Part shown: in pieces, positions 30,901 to 41,200 of the stretch
Position numbering within the stretch: the stretch's first letter is position 1
How the letters are laid out: every line of letters begins with the position of its first letter
Origin: a virus
Virus record (IMG/VR): IMGVR_UViG_3300042691_029560
Span: 1 to 64,000 of that record
Length of the DNA: 64,000 nucleotides
Strand: one strand, 5' to 3'
Notes under the pieces: model-generated
What the model was told of the DNA's origin: nothing
Database searches by the model: none
What the model saw: only the letters and a program-made list of their open reading frames with translations
Made by a program: the position numbers and the translations under genes

Positions 30901-32717
30901 GGCACCATACTTACAAGATCTAGCACAGCCTGAGGGTCGTCCGGAGCAACAATAGCAAAATATAGAGGCTGAACGTCAGAAGTTTCAGGAGTTAGCTGGA
31001 CTGGCTTTCCTGGATCTTTTGGGGTTGGACTACTTTTAGGTGCGCCTTCTGGCTTAGCCTCGTCTTTTTGAGTTTCTGTTACCGCATCAGTTGCAGGCTT
31101 TTGAGCTTCAGCTATTTCAGCTGGAGTATTAGGTGCTGCAACCATTGCAGAAGCAACAACAGGAGATGCCCAGTTATTGTCAGTCTCTGGTTGCATCTCA
31201 TCGCGTTGTTTTGAAGCACGCCACTTTTTTAGAAGCGGGTGATCATAAGATTCTATTCGCTCTTCTTTTTCATCTCCAGCACTTGTCATAGGAGTTTTGT
31301 AGTCTCCTGGAGAATAAGAAGCACGTTGGCTTTGTACCCAAGCCGGGAAGTCATAAAGAACTTGGTGTAGATCTTCCTTAGTCATTGCAGGAAGTGTGCC
31401 AGAAATTCTAGCGTTTGGTCTATCTATTGGAGTACGAGGTTCACCAAGAATTCCAGAAGTATCTAGGGGACCTTCAAGTATTTCTTGTGGAGGTAGCCCA
31501 GATTCGGCTCTCTTTCTTTGCTCTTCTAGACTAATTCCCCCAGGCTTACCTTTGGAAGCTTCAGCACCCTGAGGTGTTGCACCTTGCTGTCCTGGTGCAA
31601 CACTTTGCTTTCCAGCAGTAGTTTTTCCAGTATTGCCTTTGCTACCAAATCTTCCACCAGCAGCCCTAGGTTGTTTTGCAACATTTGCCGAACGTTCTTT
31701 TGAAGTATAGCCAGGCGTACCCATACCGCCTTCTCCAGCAGCAACCATACCAAGATCAATCATCTCCCAGTCTTCTTCTGGAATTGATCGGGCAGCTAGC
31801 ATAGCTTCGTCTTTATCTAGGTCAAAAACAGAAACTTTTCCATAAGGACTACTTGCAAGTCTTGCTGCCATCAGTACAGCAGACGAAGGATCTATTAATA
31901 TATGACTTTTTTCTATGCCGTCATCTTCAAAGTCAAGCTGCTCGTCATAGTCCCAAACATCGTGGTCAACATTACCCATGTCATCCCAGCAGTCGTTATC
32001 CCAAACGTAGACTTGCCCATCAATGTCAACTTTGTATAGACGATCTAATCCAGACCCATCCAAACAAACTCTAGCCATAAATTCTGGGCCATAATTTTCT
32101 TCCAAGTCAAAAGCATTTTTAAATGGATCAACTGGATTTTGAGACATTAAGTATCCATCAGCTTTCATAGCTTTAGGATCTGCGTGCTCTACAATGTCAG
32201 CGGCCCAACGCCAAGCGGAATCCCCGCCCCACAGCGCCCACGCTATTCGTCCGTTAGAAGGGAAGTTGTCTTGGCCAGGCTTCCAACCCTTACCCTTTTT
32301 GTCAACTTCGTGACGCGGGAAATATTTTGCTATATGGCGGACTTTTTGTAGACCTATCTGTCCGCCGCGAGCCAAGATACGAGCAGTGTTAAGGCCAACA
32401 GGAGTGCCGCCACGCTTGTGCTCTTTACGCCACTCAAGTGCTTTTTTAGCTTCAGCCTGAGCAGCTTTAGGAATTGTATACATACGTCCAGCAGCAGCTG
32501 TTATAGATTTTGCATCTAAAGTTTGGAGTGCTATATTAGCAAGAGATGCTTCATTTGAGTAAAGATTCCGATCGGCTTTTTCCCATTTTCTAGAAGAAAA
32601 TAACTCCTCGGGAACACCTGACTCAACAACCATGTTGAAGTCAGTATCGACAACTACACCATGATGGTCGCTCGTAAATAGGAGCTGAGACCCAGATTGG
32701 CCGATTAATGTGATCAT
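27963..32717 (-). CDS. Multidomain capsid maturation (prohead) protease
   Basis: Protease-like core EG.ETGDGR.F...LPLLWQ...H.GSVVVGRI...GVSAD; second segment GRVFGHIA.W...SGDWR...VN.PGFP; accessory domains (GGTPVG...IAWALWGGD; LRRYW..G.G..KIRW; ALPDG.YPI); upstream of the capsid gene. Confidence 0.85.
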   Translation of the reverse strand: MITLIGQSGSQLLFTSDHHGVVVDTDFNMVVESGVPEELFSSRKWEKADRNLYSNEASLANIALQTLDAKSITAAAGRMYTIPKAAQAEAKKALEWRKEHKRGGTPVGLNTARILARGGQIGLQKVRHIAKYFPRHEVDKKGKGWKPGQDNFPSNGRIAWALWGGDSAWRWAADIVEHADPKAMKADGYLMSQNPVDPFKNAFDLEENYGPEFMARVCLDGSGLDRLYKVDIDGQVYVWDNDCWDDMGNVDHDVWDYDEQLDFEDDGIEKSHILIDPSSAVLMAARLASSPYGKVSVFDLDKDEAMLAARSIPEEDWEMIDLGMVAAGEGGMGTPGYTSKERSANVAKQPRAAGGRFGSKGNTGKTTAGKQSVAPGQQGATPQGAEASKGKPGGISLEEQRKRAESGLPPQEILEGPLDTSGILGEPRTPIDRPNARISGTLPAMTKEDLHQVLYDFPAWVQSQRASYSPGDYKTPMTSAGDEKEERIESYDHPLLKKWRASKQRDEMQPETDNNWASPVVASAMVAAPNTPAEIAEAQKPATDAVTETQKDEAKPEGAPKSSPTPKDPGKPVQLTPETSDVQPLYFAIVAPDDPQAVLDLVSMVPASSTSTAPMIYRRLDKKWVRDEKTLSDLKSATPPPVVPLDSATLNDVLKQVDGITASAAYLQYEMMVLWGPREEILVAAGGLDRNRGNAEELRRYWTVGKGGLKIRWNTKGDWTRCVRQLEKYLGPRAKGYCALRHKEMTGMWTGDKRHREMYGRKGRGGNKAMFSSDVIKSSEMVINSLELLARSNNAKQRLGLLAAAPLVAGGSGSSFRIPLVIPEGKETGDGRTFRKGSITMRELPLPLLWQVRTSDGHNGSVVVGRIDRMERTEEGIGNAFGVFDTGEYGREAERLVRNGFIRGVSADMDQFEAEEEKKKSDSKAKTENDIDIDDDKKVGGDKLTINKARVMAITMVPKPAFQECKIFLLEEANPQEESMIPKDGIYAEDLDSPESASLVACAVVAGAIPVVPPAEWFNNPKLSKPTPITVTDDGRVFGHIAAWNVDHIGLVAGTKPPRSKSNYSYFHTGVVRTANGKDVPVGQLTLAGGHAPLEASALDAVKHYDDTASAIADVHAGEDAHGIWVAGGLRPSATPEQVRALRASAPSGDWRPIRGSLELVAVCQVNVPGFPIARARVASGAVMALVAAGARPLAELKASELYGPDAQVAAAKARFDAFRSERAAVLSARSAELSNKVYGYVDNFAITKAERDAAVKKRQALPDGAYPIRNEEDLKNAIQAFGRAKESERNKVRRHIMRRAKALGKTDLIPEKWHKQHVASTSESITASTQPNELRARVAAAVEALGKTDAVGPVNPLPTVPVKADKPLGVQPKDKPVMEKQPVDERLTQEEIEQKVIEEVKKDSDISPYAQDGDKYVPGKNQPRDEYGKFRKVLARLKLNLGVAGLESVARKVAQAEGYTEIGDYGTAAKAASDLIGTVDRLDTGALNAKSLENIRLTTQELGKTIANLPLPFKDPNAKLRYSDLPPVLKDLLDDMTSRVEQKIGSKDADIATQEIRSFKSGSKLFGQSDISREFNKLLRLLT

Positions 32718-32776
32718 CTAAAAGTCCTGCTGTTGATAGTATTTATATTTATTGTACACTTCTATTGTAAAAGTGA

Positions 32777-32947
32777 CTATTCTGGTTTACCACGGTAGAC
32801 GCCGTTTTCATCAACTTCATCGGAGTCGTCTTCATAATCCGGAACCGGATTTCCAATGATTCTAGCCATAAGAGCCCAGTATTCTGGGTCATCTTCTGTG
32901 TATTGCTTAGGCATATCTGGGTCTTCTGGCATTTCTTTTTCAGCCAT
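32777..32947 (-). CDS. Small acidic protein (56 aa), not in the ORF track
   Basis: GAGGAG RBS then MAEKEMPEDPDMPKQYTEDDPEYWALMARIIGNPVPDYEDDSDEVDENGVYRGKPE; starts 2 nt after the upstream stop. Confidence 0.75.
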   Translation of the reverse strand: MAEKEMPEDPDMPKQYTEDDPEYWALMARIIGNPVPDYEDDSDEVDENGVYRGKPE

Positions 32948-32949
32948 TT

Positions 32950-35900
32950 TTACTCCTCATCTTTGGATTCATCAGTAGATTTTTGAACAGCGTTTCCAAT
33001 ACTATATCCGTCCAGAGGGCTCCAGTCTCCGAGCTCTGTCCCAAGAATATAGTCTACAGCTTTTTGAGCCTGGCTAGTTGCGCTAATGATCTCATCTGGG
33101 TTAGATTTTAGGTGCTTTAGCCAACTTTGAACGTAAGCTGCACTATTATCAAATACTGCATCAACGCCAAACATATTACCTAGAAGAGCGGCTCCAATTT
33201 CAGCAATAAGTTCTTCTCTAGCTCTGGACTCTAGATCTGTTTCATAGTCTTTAGTTAGATCTGATCTATCTAAGCGATTTGGATGACCAGTGCTGTGTAC
33301 CAGCTCATGGGCAATGGTATCAAACAGATCTTCAGGAGATTCAAACTGCTCTAGATTAGGAAGGGTCACTTGGTCAGAGATAGTTCCCCAGCTTGGTGCT
33401 TGGTGAGCACCGCCAACTCCAACGTACTTGTGAGTGACGTTAGGTGCTTTTCCAGTTCTAGCGGCCATAGCTTTCTTGTATCTTTCAACAATAAACTCTT
33501 GTGCATCCAGTGGAGTCATCTTAGGAAGAGATTCTGTAGAAAGATCAGGCAAGTTTAGACCATCAATCTGTTCAGCATTGAATACTGCCATAGCTTTGAA
33601 CATGGTGAATGATCTAGTCTTATTTGGGTCTTTCTCATCCTTTTGGACTATACGCATAGGAACAAGAATGAATGTACCCTTCTCACCCTTACGGACTTGA
33701 CCACCCATCTGCTCTGCCTGCTTATAGGTCATCCATCTAGGATCGCTGTACCCGTTTTCTTCTTGAGCAAATCTAAGTGCCATTGCGTTAACACCAGAGT
33801 AGATATGCTTAGAAGATGGGTTTCTAGGCAGACCCATACCAGCGTACTTTTCGCCTTCTTTATAAGGTTTACGCCAAGGAGTCTCGCCCTGCTTAATCTT
33901 TTCAAACAGGCCGGCCATAACTTTTTCTGTGGCAGTTTTGCTGTCAGAAACGACTTTCTTACCAGTACGACTCTTACCACCAGGCTTTTGAGCAAAGCCA
34001 GTTATTTCTGGGTTTTCATCAGATCCCGGGGTTCCAGGCGGATAAGCAGAAGGAGCATCCTCTGGTCTTAAGTTCGTGTCAGGGTTCCAGCTACGTGGGC
34101 CAGGATATCCTGGAACACCAGCCTGCTCCATCATGTCAACAGAGCTGTTAATCCATGGAGGAAGAACATCATTACCTAGTACAAAATCTACAGCTATCTC
34201 TGCTTCGGCCATAGCTTTAGTTATTTCAGCGTCACTTAAGCGGTGAGATTTTAGGTACTCAGCTGTTCTATTTGGATCATGGTTAATTCCTAGACGCTGT
34301 AGTAACAGCTGTGATGCAATTTCAGCCACAGCTTCTTCCCTAGCTCTTTGCGGATCGGTAACACCTCTTCCAGCAAGATGGCCTTCTCTTCCAAGTCTAC
34401 GTCTAGTTCCGCTAGCATGGGCAAGTTCGTGGAATAGACTGTATAGATAATCCTCCGGACTATCGTACTTACTTCTATCCGGAAGCCTAATTGATTCAAC
34501 ACCTTCACTTACAGACCAGAATGGAGTTATAGGTTTTCCTTTATTAGGTCCTTCTTTTGTCTCAATACCAATCAGATCTTCGTAGACCTTTAGTCTTCCA
34601 GATCCACCACGCTTCTTTTCAGCTTCAGCAAATCTACCAAGAACGAATTCCAAAGCCTGAGAAGCTGTCATTTTTTGCTGCTGCTTAGGGTTGTATGGCT
34701 CTAATCCATCCATCTGAGCTGCGTTAAACACAGTCACAGGAGTCTGAACAAGTACACGTTCTCCGGTATCCTCGTTTTCAATAGTGCGGAATGTCATAAT
34801 CCGAACACCCTGCTCACCATCACGTATCTTTGCGCCCATTTTTTTAGCCTGAGCTACAGACATCCATCTTGGATCTGTATATCCTCTCTCGGCTGCAGCT
34901 GCGGCAAGTGCGTGGTGGTTTATACCACTGTATTGGTGCTCTGAAGATGGGTTGAATGGCATGTTGCTAGGATTAACCGGAGCAGACATTGGGTCTTCAG
35001 CAGGATACTCAGAGTATGGTTTGTCGTAATCACCTGTACGATATGGCCTAGGGTTTTTAATACGCTCACGGAAAATGTCAAGCATCTTGGCTGCAGCTGA
35101 TTTATTATCAGCTACGGCTTTAGCTTTCTTTTCTTCAAAAGTTTTAGCTGGAACGGTTTCAGATGGAAGCGTTTGAGCAAAGCCATCTACATCTTCACCG
35201 CCCCTAATTTTGTCATCTTTTAGTGCAGCGTCTGCAGCATCTAAATTATCAGTAAAGTCTTTAGCAACCTTATCAACGGTAGGAGCTTCAATAGCTTTTG
35301 GAGTAGCTGGTTTCTTTGGCTTTAGATCTTCTGGGTGATTTTTCTTCCAACGATCTTTAGCAATTCTTGCAGCAAGTTTTGCTTTCTTAATTGCAGCAGA
35401 TAGCTCAGAGATAGCAGCCATCTTCTCTTCAACGCCCTTAGACTTCTTCAAGTTGTCGATAGCTTTTTGTAGATCGGCTTTGACGTAACGCATGTTGTTT
35501 ACGAATTCGCCGACGTTGTTTACATCTTCACGAACCTTGGAGGTCTTACCCTTCCATTCGTCAAATAGACCTAGGGCGTTGCTTAGCGAAGCTATAGCCT
35601 CTAAAATACGGTGAGGACGCTTAGGTTGTTTTCCACCAAGCTGAGCAAATCCAGCTTCATCTACTCCAGCAGGAAGTATTTGAGTGTTTTTACCTGGAGT
35701 TTGTGCAAAACCTACGTTATCTGACTTAGTGTTGTCAGGGGTCTCTACTAGGTCGAGCTCTACAGTTAAGTTTCCATTTGAATCTTCTTTAACTGAAGTA
35801 ACCTTAAATTTTGAATTTCTTGGTAATATAACTTCATCTTCAGCGTATCTAGATAATGCAGACCCCATAGAATATCCGGTTAATTTAGATCCTTTAGGCG

Positions 35901-38271
35901 AAAGTGCATATGTTATTGATTTGCCAGTAAGTCGATTTCCGGTGAGTGCCTGTACAGGATTTACAAATAAATCAATCGAGTTTAAATCTGTAGAAGTTGA
36001 CATAAAGCCAGGGTCAATAAATTCAGCTCCAGGGACTAAAGCCTTTTTAGCTTTTTCAAAGTCATCTAGTCCCCTACGAGATTCACCAAGTGTAACTACT
36101 TTTCCATCACTAAAAAACTCTCCTCTAAACAATCTAGAAGCTATTAGGGGATTTTTTGAAGTTAAAGAGTCTAGCCCACGGACTACAGATTCTTGATCTT
36201 TAGGAACAGGTGTACCAGTCCTTAATGCTTTATTTATAGGTATATAAGCTGCACGAGTGCTATATTTTCTAGCAGCACTTGACTCATCTTTTGTAATAAC
36301 ATCTTTTGAAGATAAGCCTTTAGACAGATCTGCTGGTGGAGTAAATGTAGATTTTCTAGCTTTAAGTTGTCGCCAATCAAAATCTCCGGACTTCATTTTA
36401 AAGAAATCGTTGTCAGATAGGAAATAGTATCCAGCCTGAATTACGTCAAACGTATCTGCATTTTCTTCATCTTCTTCATCAGCATCTTCATCAAAAATAG
36501 ATTCGTTTAGACTAATACGATACAGTCCAGTGTTAGAGTCGGATGGATTTCCGGTTACTTGATCAAGAGTAATTCCTGTAAACTCTGCTTCATCACTTCC
36601 AAGAACTTCTTTACCGGGTTCTGCATACCTGCTAGTTACTGATCTATTCAAATCCTGAAATCCTAGGGGAAGAGTGTCACTGTCAATAGACACATTAAAC
36701 TTAGTCTTGTCCCCACGTTTTAAAGTTTTATTTTCCAGTGTTACTGTTCTGCTACCGTCTGAAGACTCTACAGACTTTCTAGAAGACTCTAATTTTTTAT
36801 CTTCTTCGGCAGCTTGCTCACGTAGTTTTTGTCGTAAATCCTCTCTAGCTGCTTGTAATTTTAAAAATTTTGAACTATTTGTATATTCTCTAGTGTCTTC
36901 ATAAGACACGTAATCATCAATTTCAGCACCTTCAAAAGGTTTTTTTGGATCAGCATTAAGCCTTTTTTCTAAAGATTCTTTAGTTACAATTGCATATTCC
37001 GGAGCTATTCGCTCTGCTTCAACAGCTTCCCACCCAATATCATCTCCCTCTTGCATCTCGTATTCTTCTTTAGACAATCCATTTTCATCTAATTCAACAG
37101 GGTAGTCGTTATCTTTAAATTCTTCGGTTCTAAAAATAAATTTATCTTTGTCTTCTTCTTTACCAGTGATGTCAAATAAAGTTACTCCAGTGTACCTAGA
37201 TGGAAATCTTTCTAGCCTAGGTTCTTCACCAAAACCAATATCGTCACCGAGATAGTCTGTGAATCCAGTGACTCCCTCAAAATGTTTTTCATAATCATCT
37301 AGCCCGGTGCCCGACTCATAAGATCTGTCAAGTGGATACCAATCTCCTGGATTAATTTTGTTTCCGGAAGATAGAGTTATAGGAGTGTCTCCAAATACAT
37401 CTCCCTGTACCTTGTTAAATCCAGGTTTTCTAGGTTTAGAAAATTTTCCTTCTTTTTGAGCAAAGCCGTCGTAATCAACGGTGTCGAACTCAGCGGTTCT
37501 AAGCATGATTTGACGTTCAGCTTCTTTAAAAGCTTCACTTGCGTCAATTCCAAGATCTACTTTTTCTTTAGGCTTGTCGCTAAAAGTAGCGGTAAATCTG
37601 CCACCCTTTTCCAAAATGTCGGTGACTAGACCGTTTTCCTCACGAGTCCAACGACTAATGTCTTTTTTAGCGTCTTTCTCTGTAGTAGCATCTACAAACT
37701 TACGTTCCGCCGCTGTTTCATTGAACTTGCCGGCTCTTTCAGATCCAGCTGCTTGTGCAAATCCTTCAGAGTCTTCTGGAAGAAGCTCAGAATCAAAAAA
37801 TACATCTCTCGGCAAGATAGTATCTTGATTTTCAGCAATTTTATCTAGCTTTTCTCTAGGAGCTACATATTTTCCGACTCTTCGAAGTTGAGTCTCATTT
37901 CCCGGAGAATCTTGAGAATTTACAATTCTTACTGGGACATACTCGACTCCGGCTTTACGAGCCGCGGCTAGTCTATGGTTACCTTCAGTAATAAATGCTT
38001 TACCATTTTTAGGGTTGAGCACTACTATAATTGGCTCTTTAAAGCCGATGCCTTCTTCTAGATCTTTGGCAATGCTGTCTACCGTACTCTGCTCACGAAT
38101 CTCATTACCTTCAGCTCCAATTAGAGCTTTGGTATTTACGTACTGAACTACCGATTTTCCATCAGATTTATAATCTTGTAGGTTAGGATTATACTTTTTA
38201 CTGTATTCAGCATCTACCTCTGTACTAGGTGTCTGTGAGAACCCACGGTCCCCCTTTTCGGGGGTTACGCT
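32950..38271 (-). CDS. Polyvalent protein, C-terminal part (reached by -1 frameshift): ParB/Srx-like domain, ADP-ribosyltransferase, 2x ArdC-N + zincin metallopeptidase
   Basis: Frame is open from the slip site. ParB motif FKEPIIVV...EGNHRLAAA; ART motifs Y..IN..LR / LFRG / GFMSTS / EDEVILPR; ArdC motifs NPSS.H.YSG.N...DPRWM...Q.....G..VRKGEKG...VFNA.Q.DGL; HELAH and HELVH. Confidence 0.88.
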   Translation of the reverse strand, partial: SVTPEKGDRGFSQTPSTEVDAEYSKKYNPNLQDYKSDGKSVVQYVNTKALIGAEGNEIREQSTVDSIAKDLEEGIGFKEPIIVVLNPKNGKAFITEGNHRLAAARKAGVEYVPVRIVNSQDSPGNETQLRRVGKYVAPREKLDKIAENQDTILPRDVFFDSELLPEDSEGFAQAAGSERAGKFNETAAERKFVDATTEKDAKKDISRWTREENGLVTDILEKGGRFTATFSDKPKEKVDLGIDASEAFKEAERQIMLRTAEFDTVDYDGFAQKEGKFSKPRKPGFNKVQGDVFGDTPITLSSGNKINPGDWYPLDRSYESGTGLDDYEKHFEGVTGFTDYLGDDIGFGEEPRLERFPSRYTGVTLFDITGKEEDKDKFIFRTEEFKDNDYPVELDENGLSKEEYEMQEGDDIGWEAVEAERIAPEYAIVTKESLEKRLNADPKKPFEGAEIDDYVSYEDTREYTNSSKFLKLQAAREDLRQKLREQAAEEDKKLESSRKSVESSDGSRTVTLENKTLKRGDKTKFNVSIDSDTLPLGFQDLNRSVTSRYAEPGKEVLGSDEAEFTGITLDQVTGNPSDSNTGLYRISLNESIFDEDADEEDEENADTFDVIQAGYYFLSDNDFFKMKSGDFDWRQLKARKSTFTPPADLSKGLSSKDVITKDESSAARKYSTRAAYIPINKALRTGTPVPKDQESVVRGLDSLTSKNPLIASRLFRGEFFSDGKVVTLGESRRGLDDFEKAKKALVPGAEFIDPGFMSTSTDLNSIDLFVNPVQALTGNRLTGKSITYALSPKGSKLTGYSMGSALSRYAEDEVILPRNSKFKVTSVKEDSNGNLTVELDLVETPDNTKSDNVGFAQTPGKNTQILPAGVDEAGFAQLGGKQPKRPHRILEAIASLSNALGLFDEWKGKTSKVREDVNNVGEFVNNMRYVKADLQKAIDNLKKSKGVEEKMAAISELSAAIKKAKLAARIAKDRWKKNHPEDLKPKKPATPKAIEAPTVDKVAKDFTDNLDAADAALKDDKIRGGEDVDGFAQTLPSETVPAKTFEEKKAKAVADNKSAAAKMLDIFRERIKNPRPYRTGDYDKPYSEYPAEDPMSAPVNPSNMPFNPSSEHQYSGINHHALAAAAAERGYTDPRWMSVAQAKKMGAKIRDGEQGVRIMTFRTIENEDTGERVLVQTPVTVFNAAQMDGLEPYNPKQQQKMTASQALEFVLGRFAEAEKKRGGSGRLKVYEDLIGIETKEGPNKGKPITPFWSVSEGVESIRLPDRSKYDSPEDYLYSLFHELAHASGTRRRLGREGHLAGRGVTDPQRAREEAVAEIASQLLLQRLGINHDPNRTAEYLKSHRLSDAEITKAMAEAEIAVDFVLGNDVLPPWINSSVDMMEQAGVPGYPGPRSWNPDTNLRPEDAPSAYPPGTPGSDENPEITGFAQKPGGKSRTGKKVVSDSKTATEKVMAGLFEKIKQGETPWRKPYKEGEKYAGMGLPRNPSSKHIYSGVNAMALRFAQEENGYSDPRWMTYKQAEQMGGQVRKGEKGTFILVPMRIVQKDEKDPNKTRSFTMFKAMAVFNAEQIDGLNLPDLSTESLPKMTPLDAQEFIVERYKKAMAARTGKAPNVTHKYVGVGGAHQAPSWGTISDQVTLPNLEQFESPEDLFDTIAHELVHSTGHPNRLDRSDLTKDYETDLESRAREELIAEIGAALLGNMFGVDAVFDNSAAYVQSWLKHLKSNPDEIISATSQAQKAVDYILGTELGDWSPLDGYSIGNAVQKSTDESKDEE

Positions 38272-38277
38272 TTTGGG
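38250..38277 (-). other. Programmed -1 ribosomal frameshift signal
   Basis: In-frame C CCA AAA heptamer (38277-38271), 6-nt spacer GCGTAA, hairpin CCCCC-GAAAA-GGGGG (38264-38250). Confidence 0.82.
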
Positions 38278-41200
38278 GAGTTCGCACCTCTACGCTTTAG
38301 AGTATCAATAAGTCTTTGAATCTCGTCAGCAGACTTGCTGTTCAGGTTCGTGATTCCAAGCTTACGCTTCTCTGCAGAAGTCAGACCAAGAGAGTTAGCC
38401 AGATCCTTGACACGCTTAAGTTGTCTAGGAGTTGGCTTACCGGTGTCGACGCCAGCCTTAGGGTTTAGAGCCCTAAGTTGTCCAAGCATTGCACCCATCT
38501 GAGCCTTAGTCAAGTTTTTACTTGATAGGGCATCTTGAATTGCAGTAGCTAGTTCTGGATCGATGCCGTCTCTGTTGCCACCAAGTTCCTTGAGGTAGTC
38601 ATACTGAGCGTCAGTAGCTGGCTCACCCATCTTAGGTGATACAACTGCGTTGCCAGGTTCTTGAGAAAAGCCGTCAGAATCATCATTAACATCATCATAA
38701 TAACCTCGGCTGTTTTCAGCATCTTCATCAACAAGATCGCTGTTGTAGTAGTCTAGCTTTTCATTAGCAAATGCTAGGGCTTCTTCTTTAGAACCAAAAG
38801 TCTGAGAACCTTCGTCATATTGGAATTCTGCATCTTTATCCATGTATTGATACGAGTGATCTACTTCCCACTCACCGTCGCCCTTATACCAGACCTCAAT
38901 CTGACTGTCAGAGTAAGGGTCTGTAGTATAACCACCATCGCTGTTTTGACTTAGTTTGTCATCCCTAACTGGAGTGCCTTTTCTGCCAGGTTCTTGGGCG
39001 AAACCACCCTGATCTTTCTTACGGTTTTTCTTATCTAGAATTCTCTGAGCACGATCTACAAAATCACTAAGAGCATATCTAAACTCATCTGATACTCTAG
39101 CATCACCAAAGTCCTCATAAAGCCTTGCCATTCTATCGATAAACTCTTGCTCAGTACCATTTTCAATAGCTGTTGAAAGTTCTTTCTCTAGATTTGCTTC
39201 CGAGAAGTTTTGAGATAGATTTGAGTTATAGTCAGCTGCTTCGTTAGCTGCCCACTCAATCGCGTCATCGCGGTCATCAAACTCTTGCCTATCATACGCA
39301 GAATCTCCGCTATCAGAACCATAAGTAATTCTAGCTTCGTACTTACCATTCTCGTTTGGCTCATTGTCAATGTTGATTTCTGCTCCACCGCTTCTGTAGT
39401 CTCCCCAGTAACCATCATCTGCAGCTTCTGCAATCTTATCGGCATCTGTTGAATAGTAAATTTCTCTAGCAGTAGCCATTTCATCTTCAACGTCAGATAG
39501 ATCTAAGTTTCTTAAATCGTCAGGATCTCTAAGAGCTGCTCGTATTCCAGCACGATCTTCAATTCTCTTAATAACTTGATCTCTCAGGTTATCGAGCTCG
39601 TCTGCCAAACTAGAGTCACTAGAATTATCTCTTCTAAGTCTAGATACAACATCTTGAAGATCGGAAGCAAACATGTAAGACTGCTCTACAGCCCAGTCTT
39701 TACCATATTTTTTATTGTCTGGATTGTCTGGATCTGACTCTGCTAACATTTCTCTCAAGTTGTCGCCGTCTAACATAAGGAAAGTGTCCTCATTTGCAGC
39801 GTCAAGTCTTCTTGCAAGCTCATCAATTCGCTCACCCTTTAGAGAGTTGTAGTAAGCATCCATCTCACCAGCAACTTCGGCAGGTCCGCTTTCTGTAAAG
39901 TCGTCACCAGCACGGTCGCGGTTGAACTGCTCTTCTCCAGGAATGCCTGGCTCCTGAGCAAAGCCGATAGTCTCTGGACGATCCTTCTTTCTACGAAGCT
40001 TGTCGTTTAGAGCATCTACTTCAGCACGGTTCATGTTTGGTAGGTTGTCTAGGATGTCCTTGACTTCTTCTGGAGTTAGGTCCTTGGTCACAAGCTTGCT
40101 GTTCAATGACTGAAGAGCACGGTCGCTTGGCTTGTTAGGGTCGACGCCCGGTTTGAACGGAGCATCACGCATAGGGCCAATAAGTGCACTCATCTGTGCC
40201 TTAGTTAGGTTCTTGTTCGCAAGAGCTTCTGTAATTGCCTGAGCAGTTAGGTCGTCAGCTGGAACTCTTTCATCAGCGTACTCTTGTAGAAGAGCATACT
40301 GAGCAGGAGTTGCAGGTTCCATCTGCTTAGCAGACAAACCTCCAGTTTTTTCCTTGTTTTGCTTCTTATTGCCGTCAGCAATCTGCTTACGTAGCCATTT
40401 CTCGGCTGCCTCTGGACTATTGAATGATTTACTAGTAGTATTTCCTAGTCCATTTCTATTTTCAGGATTAGCGTATTTAGCAAACCATCTGTTAGATTCT
40501 GTACCGTCTTCATTTTTATAGACGCCATACCTAACGTCAGATATGTTACCGTTGGCATCTTTATAAACTACGCCTCCTACTTTATCGACAGACTTAAGAT
40601 CTAAAGCGTTTGGGTCCTCTTCTAATAGATCGGAACCGGTTCCTGGTTCTTGGGCGAATCCACCGCTCTTATCTTCACGGAAGAAGTCATAGTCTTCACC
40701 ATTGTTTAGACCAATCGTATCAAACCATTCACCAGGTCCAAAGCCTGATTCTTTGTCTGCTTCTAGGAATAGCTTATAAGCTAGTACTTCACTATGGTAG
40801 CGACTAGGTTTTTCAATAGCTCCCTTAATCTCTCTACCGTTGTACCCATTAGCAACTGCCATATCAGCAATTAAATTGTAATAGCTGTATGGATCACTTT
40901 CGGCGAGACCATTTAGATAATCATCGTTGTAGCTCATAGCATTTTGTACTAGATCGCTAAGTTCTTCATTGTCATAGTCACCAGCAAGTTCAGAAAGTTT
41001 TTCCGAATCAAAATAACCATCGTCTTCTGCGCCAAGAGCACTTAAAATTTTATTAGCATCTTCTTCGCTCTTTGAGAAAAGATCTTTGTTAATTTTATCT
41101 TGCTCGTCCCAGGCATTCTGTACGTCAGATGCAAGGCCGGCAAGTTCACCATCTTGAGGAAGGTACTTAAATTGCTTAGATCTTGCAGCCCAACCAAATT

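Noticed and set aside
38020-38022. GTG at 38022 as the start of the 1690-aa ORF
   Set aside because: No RBS, it lies inside the ParB domain, and the frame is open ~250 nt further upstream to the slip site.
38250-38264. Hairpin as an intrinsic terminator
   Set aside because: No U-tract follows, it lies within an open coding frame, and its spacing fits a frameshift stimulator.
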